Part shown: positions 62,737 through 64,000 of the stretch, piece by piece | Position numbering within the stretch: the stretch's first letter is position 1 | How the letters are laid out: the number at the start of each line of letters is the position of its first letter | Origin: Tubiluchus corallicola | Lineage: Eukaryota; Animalia; Priapulida | Length of the DNA: 64,000 nt | Direction: 5' to 3' | Assembly (NCBI GenBank): GCA_030141605.1 | Contig: JAQGDQ010000175.1 | Coordinates: forward strand, 1-64,000 | Notes under the pieces: generated by a model | The model's database searches: none | What the model saw: only the letters and a program-made list of their open reading frames with translations | What the model was told of the DNA's origin: nothing | Translations under genes and position numbers: made by a program

Positions 62737-64000
62737 GTAAGCTAATTGATGTTTATGCGAACCTATAAGTAATTTCAGTTCACTGATTTATTGTAAATTG
62801 ATTTCGTCAACTACATTTTATCAATATTGTCACTTTTTCACGCTATACTCGTGCAAATGCGCGAAAGCAATGCTAAATAGGCTTCAAAGATTTTGCCCTC
62901 CACTGGGACTCAAATGCAAGACCTCTTGCCTTCCGACATATCAACTCAGTCCTCAGCTTCTCTTTCAATCCAGTAACAAATATGCGTACAGGAAGCCCTT
63001 GTTGGGCTCCATTTTTCACAATTGCAAAATATCATGCCGATTGCTAATTATTCTGATCATACATAATCTCTGTTTAAAGTCGGGTGTACAACAGAAGAAC
63101 ATTAGCCAAACAGGCTATTCATACCGATTACAATAGACTACGCTAAAAATTTGATTAAAATAGACATACAATATTACTCAAATTGGAAATAAAATCAAAA
63201 GATGAAAAACAAAATGGGGTACTCTGCAAAATACAAAATAAAATTATACAAGCCAGGATAAAAACAAGACAGTCACAAATATTTGAAAAGGTTTAGCATC
63301 ACTTAATTCTGAGAATATGAAAAGATTATATGGAGATAAAAAGATCAGAAAACACTAAAACTGATTCACTAAAACAATGAAGATACAGAGTACTTAAAAT
63401 TAATTAACACAAATTAGGTAGCGCAAGTTGAGCGTCTACATATGTCCCCGCTCCATATGTTAATTTGCCTCAAGGAATCATTATAGTTAGTGACTATGCG
63501 CAATTGATTGGGCAATTCACTTCACATTTTAGAAGATGAATATCGAAAACTTTTTTATATATAATTCTGTGCGTACTCTGGGAATATTTAAGATGTTATC
63601 GTATTGTATTTGATAAAAGCTTTCTCTCAAATTAACCATATATAAGCTATCTGGACAGAGTTTATGTAGAGTTTTAAACACCTCTAACGCTATTAATCTT
63701 TGTCTTTTTTAATTTTTTTAATTTTAGCTTTTTCTCAACAACGTTTCGTAATCACTAAAGTAATCATTAAAGACAAAACGTAAGGCACGTTCTTGTAATT
63801 GTTCCAATTTTTGTGTGTTCGTTGCACCGCAGAAATGCCAAACTAATGGACAATAGTTGAAATTAAAAGATATGAAACCGTGGAAAATGGCTTACATTTT
63901 ACAGTTTACATTTAGTAAAGTTGACAGTCGTTTTAGAACATTAATTTGGCAAGAGGTACGCCTGCAAATGTTTGAAATATGTTCGTTAAAACTGAAATTA

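Noticed and set aside
62737-64000. Expected GDSGGP exon of the protease
   Set aside because: Not found by eye. It most likely lies beyond the window end, so its absence is not evidence of pseudogenisation.

Overview
AT-rich, intron-rich animal genomic DNA, probably from an invertebrate; the receptor and channel sequences look arthropod-like. Three host genes lie in tandem on the + strand, and I rebuilt their exons by hand using GT-AG sites and matching codon phases. (1) The last two coding exons of an AKH/GnRH-family GPCR (23954-24158, 32392-32951); the TM1-4 exons are not in the window. (2) A complete 5-exon two-pore-domain K+ (K2P) channel of 576 aa (37479-52260). (3) Six exons of a secreted S1A chymotrypsin-type serine protease (56015-62736); the catalytic-Ser exon lies beyond the window end. 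K2P intron 1 splits the first selectivity filter and holds a near-intact antisense LINE of the CR1/L2 group (APE endonuclease + RT, two frameshifts) with a variant 2A/StopGo-like motif (GGIETNPGP). The rest is non-autonomous and decayed repeats: two LINE relics, Helentron/DINE-like elements, a pogo/Tigger derivative, a foldback-like element, a Crypton-like palindrome, back-to-back tRNA-like pairs, decayed hammerhead-like motifs and microsatellites. I cannot support a wholly new biological system from sequence alone. The best leads are the LINE 2A-like leader, the Thr-to-Ser change in the K2P filter, the divergent tRNA-like pairs and the YY1-palindrome arrays.
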